From: Mustelus asterias
Taxonomy: Eukaryota
Length of the DNA: 64,000 nucleotides
Reading direction: 5' to 3'
Assembly: GCF_964213995.1 (NCBI RefSeq)
Contig: NC_135824.1
Coordinates: 52,700,001-52,764,000, forward strand
The stretch's first letter is position 1. Every line of letters starts with the position of its first letter. This document shows positions 11,746 through 24,804 of this stretch, in pieces. The notes beneath the pieces were generated by a model. The model saw only the letters and a program-made list of their open reading frames with translations. It had not been told where the DNA came from and did not search any database. The position numbers and the translations under genes were made by a program.

Positions 11746-14110
11746 TTCCCCAGGAGCATAAGATCCTCAAAATTTGACATTGAGCCAGGTGAGGACAGCT
11801 GTTATAAGTTTGATGGGACTTAAGGAACCTCTGACGAGAACAGAAGAGGTTTTGAGAAGGAGCTCAGTTTATTTTAGAAATTAGACAGCCAAGGGCATAC
11901 GCGAAGATAGGTATACGAGAAAAAGGAGGCGGAAGAGGCTATTAATGCCCTCAAAATCTGCTCCTCCGTTCGATAGGCTCCGGACTGATCCACCTCAACT
12001 CCACCTAACTCATGGACCAATATTTTTATTTCGCTCCCGGTCTGTTTCATAATACTCCTGTGATATGCTTTGCGCCGTTTCGAAACATTAAATGCGTTGT
12101 ATAAATAGATTTTAAACGTTGAAGTTATTTTGATTTTGAAAGAATTTCAGAGGTACATTTAGCGATGCAGTTTCTGATGACGAAAGAGTCTGTGACATGT
12201 GAAAACATATGAAAATAGGAACTAGCCCATTCATATGAGGGGTTACGAATCTTTATTCACGTAAAGAGTCTGTGTGTGTGCGTGTGGTGTGTGTGTCTCC
12301 ATTTCTCCACCTCTCTATCTTGGCTCTTGTTTACGAATTTTGCATTTCCTTCCATGCCCTGAAATCTATCAATTTCTATTATTCTATGTCTTCTTTGCAT
12401 TTCCTTCCATTTGTACCCATCGTTTGGTCCTGCCCTAAAATATCACCCTATCTCTCTGTTTATTTAAAGTAAAGTTTATGTTGTAGTCACACGTAGGCTG
12501 ACATTAACACTGCAATGAAGTTACTGTGAAAATCCCGTCGTCGCCACACTCCGGCGCCTGTTCGGGTACACAGAAAAAGAATTTAGCACGGCCAATGCAA
12601 CTAACCAGCACGTCTTTCGGACTGTGGGAGAAAACCAGAGCACCCGGAGGGAACCCACGCAGACACGGGGAGAATGTTCAGACTCCGCAGTGACCCAAGC
12701 CGGGAATCGAACCCGGCTCCCTGGATCTGTGAGGCAGCAGTGCTTACCGCTCGGCCAGCGTGGCGCCCACTTACTTACTTTGCATCTCGTTCATTCTCCT
12801 ACCCTTCCTCTCCTCCAGTGCGTATATTGTTAAAATAAACTGTACTGATGTATGCACTTCGTCCATGAAAATTAATATTTCAGAGCAGGAACTCTCGTAG
12901 TTATAGTTGCGGAAGCCGTCCATCAAAGAGGCTCTCATTTATTAGTCGACAGCTCCCTCCTGTGGTTCAGTGAAGAAATGTCAGTGTTGGGGAAGGGAGC
13001 AAGGAAAATTTACATTCCACAACAACACAAGAAATATAAGCAGAAGTAGACCAACAGGCACTTCCAGCCTGCCCCGCCATCCAATGCGATCATGGCTGGT
13101 CTATATTCCCCTATATTTTTCTTGCACCGTCAAGCTATTGACACATACGAAAGGATTCGCTGCAGAGCCAGAGAACTCTCTACGTTTATACTGAGCAACT
13201 GAAGAATGTTCAGACAAAGGTTACGAAGTGCACACAGGCACCCTAGCAGTACTTTATATTAATCTCACTCTTGACGATGACGTTCGACTGTTAGAACTTA
13301 ATAATGACGGTTAGCACTGCTGCCTCACAACGTGAGGAATCCGGGTTCAATTCGGGACTCAGTTGACTGCCTGTGTGGAGTTTGCACTTTCTCCCCGTGA
13401 ATCCGGATGCTTCGGTTTCCTCCCACATTCCAAAGATGTGCGGGTTAGGTTGATTGGCCATGTTAAATTATCCCTTGGTGTCAGGGGGACAAGCTAGGGT
13501 AAGCGAGGGACCTTTGCTGTTTGTAATATATATAAATGATTTGGAGGAAAATGTAACTGGTTTGATTAGTAAGTTTACGGACGACACAAAGCTTGGTGGA
13601 TTTGCGGATAGCGATGAGGACCATCAAAGGATACAGCAGGATGTTGATCAGTTGGAAGCTTGGGCAGCAAGATGGCAAATGTGAGGTAATGCATTTTGGA
13701 AGGTTTAATACAGATGGGAAATATACAGTAAATGACATAACCCTTAAGAGTATTGATAGGCAGAGGGATCTGGGTGTACAGGTACACAGGTCACTGAAAG
13801 TGGCAACGCAGGTGGAGAAGGTAGTCAAGAAGGGATACGGCATGCTTGCCTTCATCAGCTGGGTCATTGAGTTTAAAAATTGGCAATCATGTTGCAGCTT
13901 AAAGGAACCTTAGTTAGGCCGCACTTGGGATATAGTGTTCAATTCTGGTCGCCACACTATCAGAAAGATGTGGAGGCTTTGGAGAGGTTACAGAAAAGAT
14001 TTACCAGGATGTTGCCTTAGCTATGAGGAGAGGTTGTAGAAACTTGGGTTGTTCTCACTGGAACGTCAGAGGTTGAGGGGCGACCTGATAGAAGTGTATA
14101 AGATTATGAG

Positions 14111-14432
14111 ATTATAAAATTAATCTCACTGGCTGTCCTGTCTGGAGACAATACACATCTCTTTAACCTGTGCTTAATGCTCCCTCCACTCACATTGTCT
14201 GTATCTTTAAGACCTGGTTGGCTGTAGAGATTCGCATCCTAATCAGTATTCTGTAACTTGATTTTGTGTCTCTGTATGCCCTGTTTGAGAGCAGATATCC
14301 ACTCCATCTGACGAAGGAGCAGCGCTCCGAAAGCTAATGGCATTTGCTACCAAATAAACCTGTTGGACTTTAACTTGGTGTTGTTAAAACTCTGACTGTG
14401 TTTACCCCAGTCCAACGCCGGCATCTCCACAT
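14111..14432 (+). mobile_element. Penelope pseudo-LTR-derived insertion with a 12-bp target duplication
   Basis: TAAGATTATGAG at 14099-14110 and 14433-14444; the insert is the reverse complement of the 965-1090 repeat family. Confidence 0.8.
14304..14340 (+). ncRNA. Minimal type I hammerhead ribozyme motif
   Basis: CCAU-CUGACGA-A-GGAGC(AGC)GCUCC-GAAA-G-CUA-AUGG. Confidence 0.78.
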
Positions 14433-15984
14433 TAAGATTATGAGGGGCATGGACAGAATGGATAGTCAGAAGCTTTTTCTCAGAGTGGAATAGTCAATTA
14501 CTAGGGGGCGTAGGTTTAAGGTGCGAGGGGCAAGGTTTAAAGGAGATGTACGAGACAAGTTTTTTATACAGAGGGTGGTGGGTGCCTGGAACTCGCTGCC
14601 GGGGGTGGTAGTGGAAGCAGATACGGTAGTGAGTTTTAAGGGGCGTCTGGACAAATACATGAATAGGATGGGAATAGAGGGATGTGGTCCCCGGAAGAGT
14701 AGGGGGCTTTAGTTCAGTCGGGCAGCATGGTTGGTGAAGGCGTGGAGGGCCGGAGGGCCTGTTCGTGTGCTATAATTTCCTTTGTTCTTTGTTCTAAATA
14801 TGTGAGGTTACGGGGATAGGGCCTGGGTGAGATTGTTGTAGTTGTAGGCTCGATGGGCCGAATGGCCTCCTTCTAGACTGTAGGAACTCTCTGATTCTCT
14901 GATTTTAAAATATTGCTTTTGAAAGGCAACCCGAGTACCCTGAGAAAAGTAACCTGAAAATAGATGGAGCATAGATCCCGGATGGTGTCCACATGAGGAT
15001 CCTCGGGGAAGTGGGGAAGTGTTGTATTAGCACCTGGGTCCATTTTGTAAAGGCTTGTTTCACTGAAGACTGGAAGGATATGGTCCCACTATTTAAAAAG
15101 AAGGCAAGACAGACCCAGATAAATATAAGCTCAGTAGTTCGGTATCAGTAATCGGAAAGATGCCTAAGAGACTTATTAAGAATGCAGTATACGATTATCT
15201 GGCTAGAGGGGGGATATACTAGTGGCACCCAACATGGCATCATATAAAGACTTGAATCATGTCTTATAAATGTGCTTATATTTTTGAAAAGGTCCGCAGA
15301 ATTGCAGTGAGTGAAGGCAAATAGATATTGTCGACACAAGTTTGGAAAAGGTTTCGTCCTGGAAGAGCATTATGGGAGCATTTATGGGAGCATTATGGGA
15401 GCATGAGCAGCCTGGGAATGGAGGGATACAAACGATTGGTCTAGTTGGACCAAGGAGTGGCACAGGCTTGGAGGGCCGAAGGGCCTGTTTCCTGTGCTGT
15501 ACTGTTCTTTGTTCTTTGTTCTTTGTATAGGCATCGCAATATGAAGATACATATGAGAGAATAGATGAAATAGTGACCAGGAATGAGATGGGAAGTCTTT
15601 AGAGATCGATGTGGATTTCTTCGGGAGTCTAGTGGCCAGTATTGTCCCAGTCAATGATCTGGGTGTTAGTGGTTGCGGGCACCGCCAGTAAACCTGCAAA
15701 TCGACGAGTAGCAGGTGTGTCGACGATATTCTACCTTTCAGGAGGATCTGGCATGTACTGGGACCCTAACTGGAAAATGGTGCTTAATCTGCAAAAGCAT
15801 GGTGTTATACACGGCGAGAGAGCAGATGCTTCTGGCTATATGAAGACTCCAAACTACAGAAAATATATACTGCTTGGGATTCTTGGGACAGAGCCATTTA
15901 CTGAGATCATTTTACTTTTAATTCCTCTTCTAGCTGGCTGACTGACTGGATGTATGGACGGACGGATGGGTGGGTGCACAGGGG

Positions 15985-16285
15985 NNNNNNNNNNNNNNNN
16001 NNNNNNNNNNNNNNNNNNNNNNNNNNNNNNNNNNNNNNNNNNNNNNNNNNNNNNNNNNNNNNNNNNNNNNNNNNNNNNNNNNNNNNNNNNNNNNNNNNNN
16101 NNNNNNNNNNNNNNNNNNNNNNNNNNNNNNNNNNNNNNNNNNNNNNNNNNNNNNNNNNNNNNNNNNNNNNNNNNNNNNNNNNNNNNNNNNNNNNNNNNNN
16201 NNNNNNNNNNNNNNNNNNNNNNNNNNNNNNNNNNNNNNNNNNNNNNNNNNNNNNNNNNNNNNNNNNNNNNNNNNNNNNNNNNNNN
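15985..16285. other. N gap within a GGAT/AGGT simple-repeat tract, just 3' of V1
   Basis: Run of N. Confidence 0.99.
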
Positions 16286-16428
16286 TAGGTAAGTAGGTGG
16301 ATAGGGAAGGTTGTCGGTGGGTAGGGAGGTAGTTAGGTAGGTAGGTAAGCAGAAAGACAGACAGACGAAAAAAGAGACAGAAAGATAGACAGGTCAGGTC
16401 TCCCACAGTTATTTCCTGTTTCCTTGGG

Positions 16429-16467
16429 GTTTTTTGTTGAGTGACTGCGTCTCTCTGAGTCACTGTG
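16429..16467 (-). other. 23-bp-spacer recombination signal sequence (RSS) of V1
   Basis: CACAGTG (16467-16461), 23 nt, ACAAAAAAC (16437-16429). Confidence 0.93.
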
Positions 16468-17280
16468 TAAACTCCAGGCGCAGTAATACACTGCTGTGTG
16501 ATTTGCCCACAGCGCGGATGACTCCAGGTAACAGTGGTTGTTGTCGGGTCTTCTGGCAGTGAATCCGTCAACCTCACCGGAGGAAGGGTTAACCGTTTCG
16601 CGATAGTTGGAATAGAAAAGGTTCTGAGGTTCACGGTCAGGGCGCCATCGATACCAGTAGAAGTAGTCGCTTGCATCTGATTCCGTGTAAAGGCATTCGA
16701 TGCTGACTGGAGTGCCCGGGGAAATGGATATGGAAGTGGGAGTCTGTTGGATCAGCACTGCAGCAACATCTATAAAACAGAGAGAGGGAGGGCAATATAA
16801 ACACAGGGATAGTTTGCACGCGGATGACGAGCAGGCAGGGAAAATGAGGGAAGAGGGGACAGAGAAACAGAGAGACACAAGGAGACGGAGCAACTAGGAA
16901 AAAGCTAGGGCGGCAGAGAGATTAGAAGAGGACAGATGCTGACATGGGGAGAGAGAAAACTATGCCGTGAGAAAAGAGAGAAGGGGAGATAGAGATGAGG
17001 ATTTGCAGACAACCAGAGAAAGAATCAAGGGAGTAGTAAGTGGACAGTCAGGCAGTGCCAGACAATGGCGACGATAAACGGAAAAATGGATAGAAACAGA
17101 GAGAGATAGACATAGTGATATTAAAACAGGGGGATCGAGAACAGCCACCAATAAGCAGTGTTAATGTAGTAAGTCAAGGCTGATTTCCAAATGAAGACAT
17201 CGAGGGCGGTCACATCCAGAGTCCAGCTCTACATTACCCGTTAGCATGAGCAACGCAACCCAGAGCGAGGATGGAGCCAT
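16468..17280 (-). CDS. TRBV: TCR beta V segment V1, TRBV30-like group. Leader exon 17280-17238, V exon 16769-16468; apparently functional
   Basis: Leader MAPSSLWVALLMLT followed by donor GTAATG; acceptor TTTTATAG; phase-1 join. V exon DVAAVLIQQTP...SIECLY...YFYWYRW...LFYS...YYCAWSL has Cys23, Trp41 and Cys104 and abuts a 23-RSS. Confidence 0.9.
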
Positions 17281-17557
17281 CTCTGGAGGTTGATCTCAAT
17301 GTCCGCGTGTTTATAGGGTGAAATCGCTGAGCCTCTGTCTGACAGTACAGTATCCACAAAGTGCTGGGCACTGGGGGCGGGGGGAGGGGGGAGATTGTCT
17401 GCAATGTTATATGGTCAGAACGGAGGGGCCTTCTCCTAAATAGTTAATTAGCTCCCACCTTTGGTGAGGTAATCTCCGGGGCGGGTTAGAGAGCACCCGC
17501 CCCCACCCCTCGCCCCCAGTGTAACTCTGCAGTAACTGGTTGGATCCTGTTGTACCG

Positions 17558-17596
17558 GGTTTTTGTCGCACTCATCCTGTTCATTGTGTCACTGTG
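17558..17596 (-). other. 23-RSS of V2 (consensus)
   Basis: CACAGTG (17596-17590), 23 nt, ACAAAAACC (17566-17558). Confidence 0.95.
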
Positions 17597-18028
17597 CAGT
17601 TGCCCAGGCACAGTAATACACCCCAGAGTGGCTCGTCCGCAGGTTGGAAGATTGCAGGTGGAAAGTAGAGTCGTCGCTCCTCGAGGCATTGAAGCCGTCC
17701 ACCTCCGTCGTCGGCTGGATTTGCTCAGTGTTGGGCGAGTGGAAGAGCAGCGAAAGCTCACCATTTGCGAGCTGGCGGTACCAGTAAAACTCGGAGCTGA
17801 AGGAACCCTTTGCCGAGCAGAGGATTTTGAGGTTGGAATTCAGGGATTTGGAGATGACAGTCGGACGTTGCTGAACTGTGCCACCAGCTACACCTGCGAA
17901 TAGGAAGAAAATCATGGGATAATCTTTCAGGGCGTCTTCAAATTCGGAGCCAAACTGCGACAAGCGATTACCGAGGGAGACTCACCGTGCAACAGAAGGA
18001 CAGACACAAAAAACTGAATTAAATACAT
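17597..18028 (-). CDS. TRBV: TCR beta V segment V2, TRBV30-like group. Leader 18028-17986, V exon 17893-17597
   Basis: Leader MYLIQFFVSVLLLH followed by GTGAGT; acceptor TTCGCAG. V exon GVAGGTVQQRP...ILCSAKG...YWYRQ...LLFHS...YYCAWAT is open. Confidence 0.9.
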
Positions 18029-19581
18029 TTTGATTAACAGCTCGCACAAGATAAACCAACCAGACTTTGAATTTCAAACATCTACAGTCATGTGTACACT
18101 TGGCCATTTATACAACTGCCCTTCTGTTTGATTGACAGCCACTTACTCCAAGCCCCGCCCACTTATAGTCTAATTGCCGATCCCTCCCCCCCGCCATCCC
18201 CATCACTCCATTTCACTAAAGAGCCTCCTCCTTCGCGCTATTGTGCCAAATCTCCTCTGCACCCTCTCTGAGACCTTGACATTGGTCCGTAAATTATGGT
18301 GTCTGGAATTAGGCAGAAAACACCCACTTCGGCCGGGAAATGCACATTATTTAGCACGTCGATGAATCAAACCGTGAGAAAATTGTCGATAATTTCAACT
18401 CTTCCAGGATGTGGCGAATAAAACAGCAACGTGAGGGAAATTGCAAAGGCACTGTGCCGGTCACGTGTAATCATAGAATCATAGAGTCCCTACCGTACAG
18501 AACGAGACCATTCGGACTATCAAGTCTGTACCGACCACAGTCCCACCCAGGCCATATTTCTGTTACCCCACACATGTACCCTGCTAATCCCCCTGACACG
18601 AGGGTCAATTTAGCATGGCCAATCAACCTAAACCGCACATCTTTGGACTGTGAGAGGAAACCGGAGCACCCGGAGGAAACCCACGCAGACACGGGGAGAA
18701 TGTGCAGACTCCATTCAAGCAGTGACCCAAGGCCGGAATTGAACCTGGGACCCTGGCGTTGGGAGGCCGCAGTGCCACTGTGCTGCGAGCTGTTGGTTTT
18801 GGCAACAGTCCCGAAGAGTCATATTGGGATCAACACTTTAGACTCTATTTCTCTCTCTCTCTCTGCGGATGCTGCCAAATCTGCAGAGCTTCCCCGGCAC
18901 TTTCTGTTCTTCCTGCACACAGACCAGGTTAAACAATAAATCCGAGTTAGTTGATGAACGATGGATTAGACATGAAGATCTGTGTTGTCCCACAGCGTTC
19001 AGCAGAGATGCAGCGGCACAAGGATGTGCAACCAGAACCACCTCGGCTTTCCCAGTGTAGCCAATTAGGAAGGTCCTTTCTCGCCATACATTGAAATAGA
19101 TCCGCCTTCTGATAGGCTGCTCCCTCACTGTAGGGATTCTATGATTCTATGACTTCAGACAGGATCGGGATAAATAGGTTACTCTCAAGTTGGCAGACTG
19201 TGATTGGTGCAGTGCCACAAGAACCGGGCTGGGGCCTGAACGGCTTGCAATTTATATTAAAGAAGGAACCGGGTGCATTGGAAAGATAAAGATATTGGAA
19301 AAGTAGGATGGGGGGAGGAGGAGGACACACTGGAAGCTCCTGGAAGCCCTTCACGTTTTAATCTGATCCGAATCTCACAATACGTTTGATGATCCCGCAT
19401 CTCACCTTTTGATTGGCATTCACCTCACCCCCTCACTTATCAAGTTATTGTCCCCACAGTCTCAGTGAGAGACCCACCACAAACATTGGTGATTCCACCT
19501 CCTAGCAGCGTGGTTGATGAACCCGGAGTCGCTGACAGACTTGAGGCTAAACGGACGGTGGTGGCCTTTTTGATGATGGAA

Positions 19582-19620
19582 AGTTTTTGTCACAGAGTCG
19601 AACTGTTCTGGAGCGCTGTG
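19582..19620 (-). other. 23-RSS of V3
   Basis: CACAGCG (19620-19614), 23 nt, ACAAAAACT (19590-19582). Confidence 0.92.
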
Positions 19621-20672
19621 CTCCATCAGAGGTTGCACAGTAATAAACCGCCGTGTCTGACCCTCTGACGCCGTCCAGCCGCAGCTCCGATTTCCTATCA
19701 TCCGTACTTCTGGTGATGGTAAACCCGGCGTTAAAACTCTCTTCATACTTCACTTGACTCCCCGACATGTAACCGATCAGAGTGAGCCCCTTCCCGCGGC
19801 GCTGCCGGTACCAGAGCATGGTAGTGCGGACCGTTTCATTCTGATTACAGTTCAGTTCGGCAGCCCCATGTTCCTGCGCGGCGAGTGTGGCCGGCCATTG
19901 ATGCACCACGTCTCTCGAGAAAGCGGCTGCAAAAATATTTCCAATATTAATATGTAAAAAGTTAAAGCGGGTAACCGCTAAAGTTATCTTTGAGAAGAAA
20001 ATCGCCCATCAAACTGAGGGCCATTTAATTAGACGCATTCCCCTCTCTGCAGCCCCAGATCTTGACAAATCTCTGTCGCCAACACACCAAAGTTCCATTT
20101 TGAAAATTACTTTAGAATTAGCTTTGAGCGGCTCCCAGAAGACTATTTCTCCTGACTGAAGACTATTTCTGCTTGAAATAAAAATCGCTTTATATCTCTC
20201 ACTGCCTCATTTGCCAATTGCTTTACATGACATGTTGCGACTTTGATCCCTTGATATGGCTCATTTAAAGCTTATTTATTAGTCACAAGTAAGGCTTACA
20301 TTAACACTGCAATGAAGTTACTGTGAACTTCCCCTAGTCGCATACAGTCCGGCGTTCGGGTCAATGCACCCGAACCAGCACATCTTTCAGACTATGGGAG
20401 TAAATCGGAGCACCCGGAGAAACCCGCGCAGACACAGGAAGAACGTACAAAGTCCACACAGACAGTGACCCAAGCCGGGAATCGAACCCGGATCCCTGGC
20501 GCCGTGAAGCGAACCCGGATCCCTGGCACTGTGAAGCAGCAGTGCTAACCATTGTGCCACCGTGCCGCGCGCTATAAGACTCACAAAATTATCCCTGTAA
20601 AAGATTGCAATAAATCCCCTGCTTACATGGCACCAGAAGGATAATAATGAGGGCGAAAGAATCTAAAGGCAT
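19621..20672 (-). CDS. TRBV: TCR beta V segment V3, LIGY/CATS group. Leader 20672-20627, V exon 19926-19621; SINE in the intron
   Basis: Leader MPLDSFALIIILLVP followed by GTAAGC; acceptor TTTTGCAG. V exon ...VVHQWPATL...LNCNQ...MLWYRQ...LIGY...DTAVYYCATSDG. Confidence 0.88.
20265..20568 (-). mobile_element. V-SINE with an alternative 3' tail, in the V3 intron. Similar copies at ~7765-8050, 8842-9100, 12470-12768, 27241-27545, 38788-39075, 40615-40897, 43968-44260 and their unit-2 paralogs
   Basis: tRNA head and V-domain, then ...CACAGTAACTTCATTGCAGTGTTAATGTAAGCCTTACTTGTGACTAATAAATAA. Confidence 0.85.
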
Positions 20673-21066
20673 CTTGGATCGATTCAGAACTCAGTGACAG
20701 TGCCCTTTAACGCAATGTTGCCTGACGCCCCCTGTGACGTTGGGGCTGAGTTAATAAATCCGCTTAGAAACGGATGCGGAAGTACCAAATGGCGGCGTCA
20801 ATCTCCCAGCACAGCCGAATTGGAGCTGCGCATTTGTGTCCATGTGAAAGATCAATGCGAATGTTGGAATGCGCTGCCTGCAAAGGCAGTGGAGGCCGGA
20901 AACCTTACAACCTTTAAAAGTATATATAGGGATGAGCATTTGAAATATCACAGCATTCAAGGATGTGGGACAAGTGCAGGAAAATAGGATGAGCGCGCCC
21001 TTAGTGGCAGTTATTGTCGGTACAGACTCGATGGGCTAAAGGGCATTTTGTGCCCTGCATGACACA

Positions 21067-21410
21067 GGGGCGGCACGGTAGCACAGTGGTTAGCACTGCT
21101 GCTTCACAGCTCCAGGGTCCTGGGTTCGATTCCCGGCTCGGGTCACTGTCTGTGTGGAGATTGCACATTCTCCTCGTGTCTGCGTGGGTTTCCTCCGGGT
21201 GCTCCGGTTTCCTCCCACAGTCCAAAGATGTGCGGGTTAGGTTGATTGGCCAGGTTAAAAATTGCCCCTTAGAGTCCTGAGATGCGTAGGTTAGTGGGAT
21301 TAGCGGGTAAATATGTGGGGGCCTGGGTGGGATTGTGGTCGGTGCAGACTCGATGGGCCGAATGGCCTCCTTCTGCACTGTAGGGTTTCTATGATTTCTA
21401 CTTCTATGAT
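21067..21410 (+). mobile_element. HE1-like V-SINE, full length
   Basis: Same structure; very similar to the copies at 9147 and 35397. Confidence 0.9.
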
Positions 21411-21784
21411 ATCATCAACTCCACTTCCCTAAAATTGGATATATCATGACATATACTGTCAACCCGGGGCCACGTGAAAACTGTGTGCCGAGAACGCCCG
21501 TTATAGATGCCGCCCAGATTTTCCCTTCAGCAGAATTTGAGAATGTTACAGATGTATCCGAGGATCGTCAGAAACAACATTGAAGGAGAAAAGAATAGAA
21601 AGATTGCACGGGATGAGGACGGGGGTCGGAGGGGAGCTTCATGTGGAACATGAACGCCAGAACAACAGTTCACATTTATATAACGCCCTTAACTCTGTAA
21701 GATGCCCAGAGAGAATTCAACCCAGCATTATAAATCGAAACAAGACACCCAATCACACAGGAGATGTTAAGCCAAAAGACTAAA

Positions 21785-22765
21785 GATCTCACCAACTTTT
21801 ACAGATGCACCATAGAAAGCATCCTTTCTGGTTGTATCACAGCTTGGTATGGCTCCTGTTATGTCGAAGACCGCAAAATAAACTACAAAAGGGTCGTGAA
21901 CGAAGCCCAGTCCCGGCAAACCAGCTTCCCATCCATTGACTCTGTCTAAGAACAAACAAAGAACAATACAGCACAGGAACAGGCCCTTCGGCCCTCCAAG
22001 CCCGCGCCGCTCCCCGGTCGAGGATTGAATCCTGAATCCAGGATCCCCGCCCAATTTTCCAGCCTATCTACATACCAATATCCTATCCACCGAGCTGTCC
22101 CTCACAGCTACGATGCTTTGTTCATTACAACCTATTAACTTACCCCCACCCCCCCATTCCAGACCATGTGATCTCCAGGGAGAGGCGAAAACCCAGAGTG
22201 AAAAACCCCAGGGCCAATATGGGGAAAAAAAATCTGGGAAATTCCTCTCCGACCCCCTGAGGCGATCGAAACGAGTCCAGGAGATCACAATGGCCCCGAT
22301 CGGAAAATGCTTCCCAACCCTAGTCATTTCCACTTCCACGAACACCATATGAATTCCCTGCCCCCGAGACAGGTTCCCAACTATCCGCAGTCTCACTCTG
22401 TACTGGCACCAGCAAGATGATCATAGAATGAAGCCTTGAAACGAGAAACTTCCCGCTGCCTCGGAAAAGCAGTTACCATAATTAAAGACCCCACGCACCC
22501 CGGACATTCTCTCTTCCACCTTCTTCCGTGGGGAAAAAGATTCAAAAGTATGAGGTCACGCACCAACCGACTCAAGAACAATTTCTTCCCTGCTGCTCTC
22601 AGACTTTTGAATGGACCTACTTCGCATTAAGTTGATCTTTCTCTACACCCTAGCTATGACTGCAATACTACATTCTGCACTCTCTCTTTCCTTCTCTATT
22701 AACGGTATGCTTTGTCTGAATGTCGCAAGAAGCAATACTTTTCATTGTACCCCAATAAAAATCAA
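21785..22765 (+). mobile_element. Rex1/Babar-like LINE 3' fragment, split by a CR1 3'UTR insertion
   Basis: LTNFYRCTIESILSGCITAWYG...PSIDSV, then TSRCL.KA..IIKDPTHPGHSLFHLLP.GKR...T.RLKN.FFP resumes after the insert. Confidence 0.85.
21949..22449 (-). mobile_element. 5'-truncated copy of the CR1 3'UTR seen at 3151-3657
   Basis: Near-identical over ~500 bp; ORF-track peptides at 3272-3604 and 22064-22396 are identical. Confidence 0.9.
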
Positions 22766-24049
22766 AGAGATCGTTTTGAAGGACTGTCTAATGGAAGGAA
22801 AGTGAGGTGGACGAGAGATCTGGATACAGTAGATAGGGAGAAACTGTCTCCACTCGTGAACGGATGGAGAACGAGGGGCGAAGAGATGTTAATTTACTGG
22901 TGAAAGAAACAAAAGCGGTTTAAAAAATCTTTTTCACGCAGCGAGTGGTTAATGCTTGGAAGGCACTGCCCCAGAGTGTGGTGGAGGCTTGTTCAGTTGA
23001 AGCATTCAAAAGGAAATTAGACTGTTATCTGAAAAGGAAGAATGTGCAGGAAATACAGGGAGAGGGCGGTAGAAGGATGCCAGGTATGTTGCATATTGGG
23101 AGAGCCGGTGCAGGCACAATGGGCTGTGCAACACTGATTCTGTGATGAAGTTGGCCATGCATTCATTTGCCTGGGACTCAGGATTGCAGCTGGCCACTGC
23201 TGGTGGAGTGGCACGGTGGCACAGTGGTTAGCACTGCTGCCTCACAGCGCCAGGGACCCGGGTTCGATTCCGGGTTTTGGGTAACAGTCTGTGTGGCGTT
23301 TGCACGTTCTCTCCGTGTCTGCGTGGGTTTCCTCCGGGTGCTCCTGTTTCCTCCCACATTCCAAAGATGTGCGGGTTAGGTGGATTGGCCATGCGAAATT
23401 GCTCCTTCGTGTCAGGGGGGACTAGCTACGGTAAATATATGGGGTTGTGGGGATGGGGCCTGGGTGGGATTGTGGTCGGTGCAGACTCGATGGGCCGAGT
23501 AGTCTCCTTCTGCACAGTAGGATTCTATGATTCTAAGATTATCCGAAGAGCGACTTCTAACCGGGGACTCTCAGAACGAGAGGCGATACCTCAGAGGGTG
23601 ATGATAACGGAGAGAGAGAGAACGGCGAGACCATGGAGGCATGGGGGTGAGAATTTTAATGAGAATGAGAATTTTTAAATCAGAGTTTTGATCGAACGCG
23701 TGTCATTGTAGGTTAGCGCGCAAAGCAGTGATGGGTTAATGGGACTCGGTGCAGGTAAAGAGACTGGCAGCAGAAATGAAGATGACCTGAAGTTTGCGAG
23801 GGTAGAATGCGGGAGACAGCCAGGGCTGCCGTGGAATAGTCAAGTCTAATGGGAATAGAGACATGAATGAGAAAGTTAGCAGCCGATTCGCTGAAACAGA
23901 GGCGAAGAACCGCGAATTTAATGGGTTACTTGGGAGGAAATAATAAGGGCAAAGCATGAGGTCGGAAGCTGATCTTGGGGTCAAATATTACCCAAACTAA
24001 TGGATTTAATTTTAGGTTGTTGCGAGGGAGAGGAATGCAGTCACCAGAT

Positions 24050-24238
24050 AGTGTGGAGTTGCCGGCATTGGACTGGGGGAAGCACAGGAAGTAGTCTCAC
24101 AACACCAGGTTAAAGTCCAACGGTTTATTTGGCGTCACGAACTTTCGGAACGCTACTCCTTCATCAGATGAGCGAAGGAGTAGCACTCTGAAAGCTCGTG
24201 CTACCAAATAAACCTGTTGGACTTTAACCTGGTGTTGT
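24050..24238. mobile_element. Inverted pair of Penelope pseudo-LTR fragments
   Basis: Arms at ~24099-24162 and ~24173-24238 are imperfect reverse complements. Confidence 0.75.
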
Positions 24239-24804
24239 CACCAGCAGGAGAACAGAGTTTCGAACTGAATCGAAAAGAAGAGCTTCAATCTTTCTAGTAT
24301 TTGACAGGACTAAATTTCTACTTTTGCAGTATTGGGCGTCTGATTAGCAGTCTGATCCTTCAAAATCAGTGTAGGCAGGGAGAATGGGGCTAGTGAAGGG
24401 GCTAAGCTAGTAGACATAGGACATAGAACATTACAGCGCAGTACGGGCCCTTCGGCCCTCGATGTTGCGTCGACCTGTGAAACCAAAAGTAGGGTGAGGT
24501 GGAGATAGATGGGGACTTTTTCTGTGGAGTATAACCATGCGCATTGGTCTAATCGCTCGTGGACCCTTTGCAAACATGTGAGCTGCCCTCTAGAACCGCT
24601 ACCTAGGATGTAGGTACAGGCAAGGAGCTGTTACACCGTGGGAGCAGTTCCGGGACTCTGAACCAGTTCAGTTTCTAGTCAATGGTAACTCTCTGGATGT
24701 TGATAGCGGGGATTCATCAATTGCAATGCTATTGGATTGTCAAGGTGCGATGGTTAGATTCTATCTTGTTGGACATGGTCATTGACTGGCACTTGTGTGG
24801 CATT

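Larger units (their letters stand above)
13505..14795 (+). mobile_element. CR1/HER1-like LINE 3' part, interrupted by a Penelope fragment
   Basis: GPLLFVIYINDL, SKF.DDTK, KCEVMHFG, RVVGAWNSLP; tail ttctttgttc. Confidence 0.87.

Noticed and set aside
1-16400. D, J, C or trypsinogen exons 3' of the V array
   Set aside because: No FGxG J motif with an RSS, no C1-set exon and no protease motif found by eye. The two N gaps are unseen.
18978-18997. D-segment-like CGCTGTG-GGACAA-CACAGAT on the minus strand
   Set aside because: No nonamer at 12- or 23-bp spacing on either side.
21067-21140. tRNA genes
   Set aside because: The A/B boxes belong to SINE heads; no complete cloverleaf.
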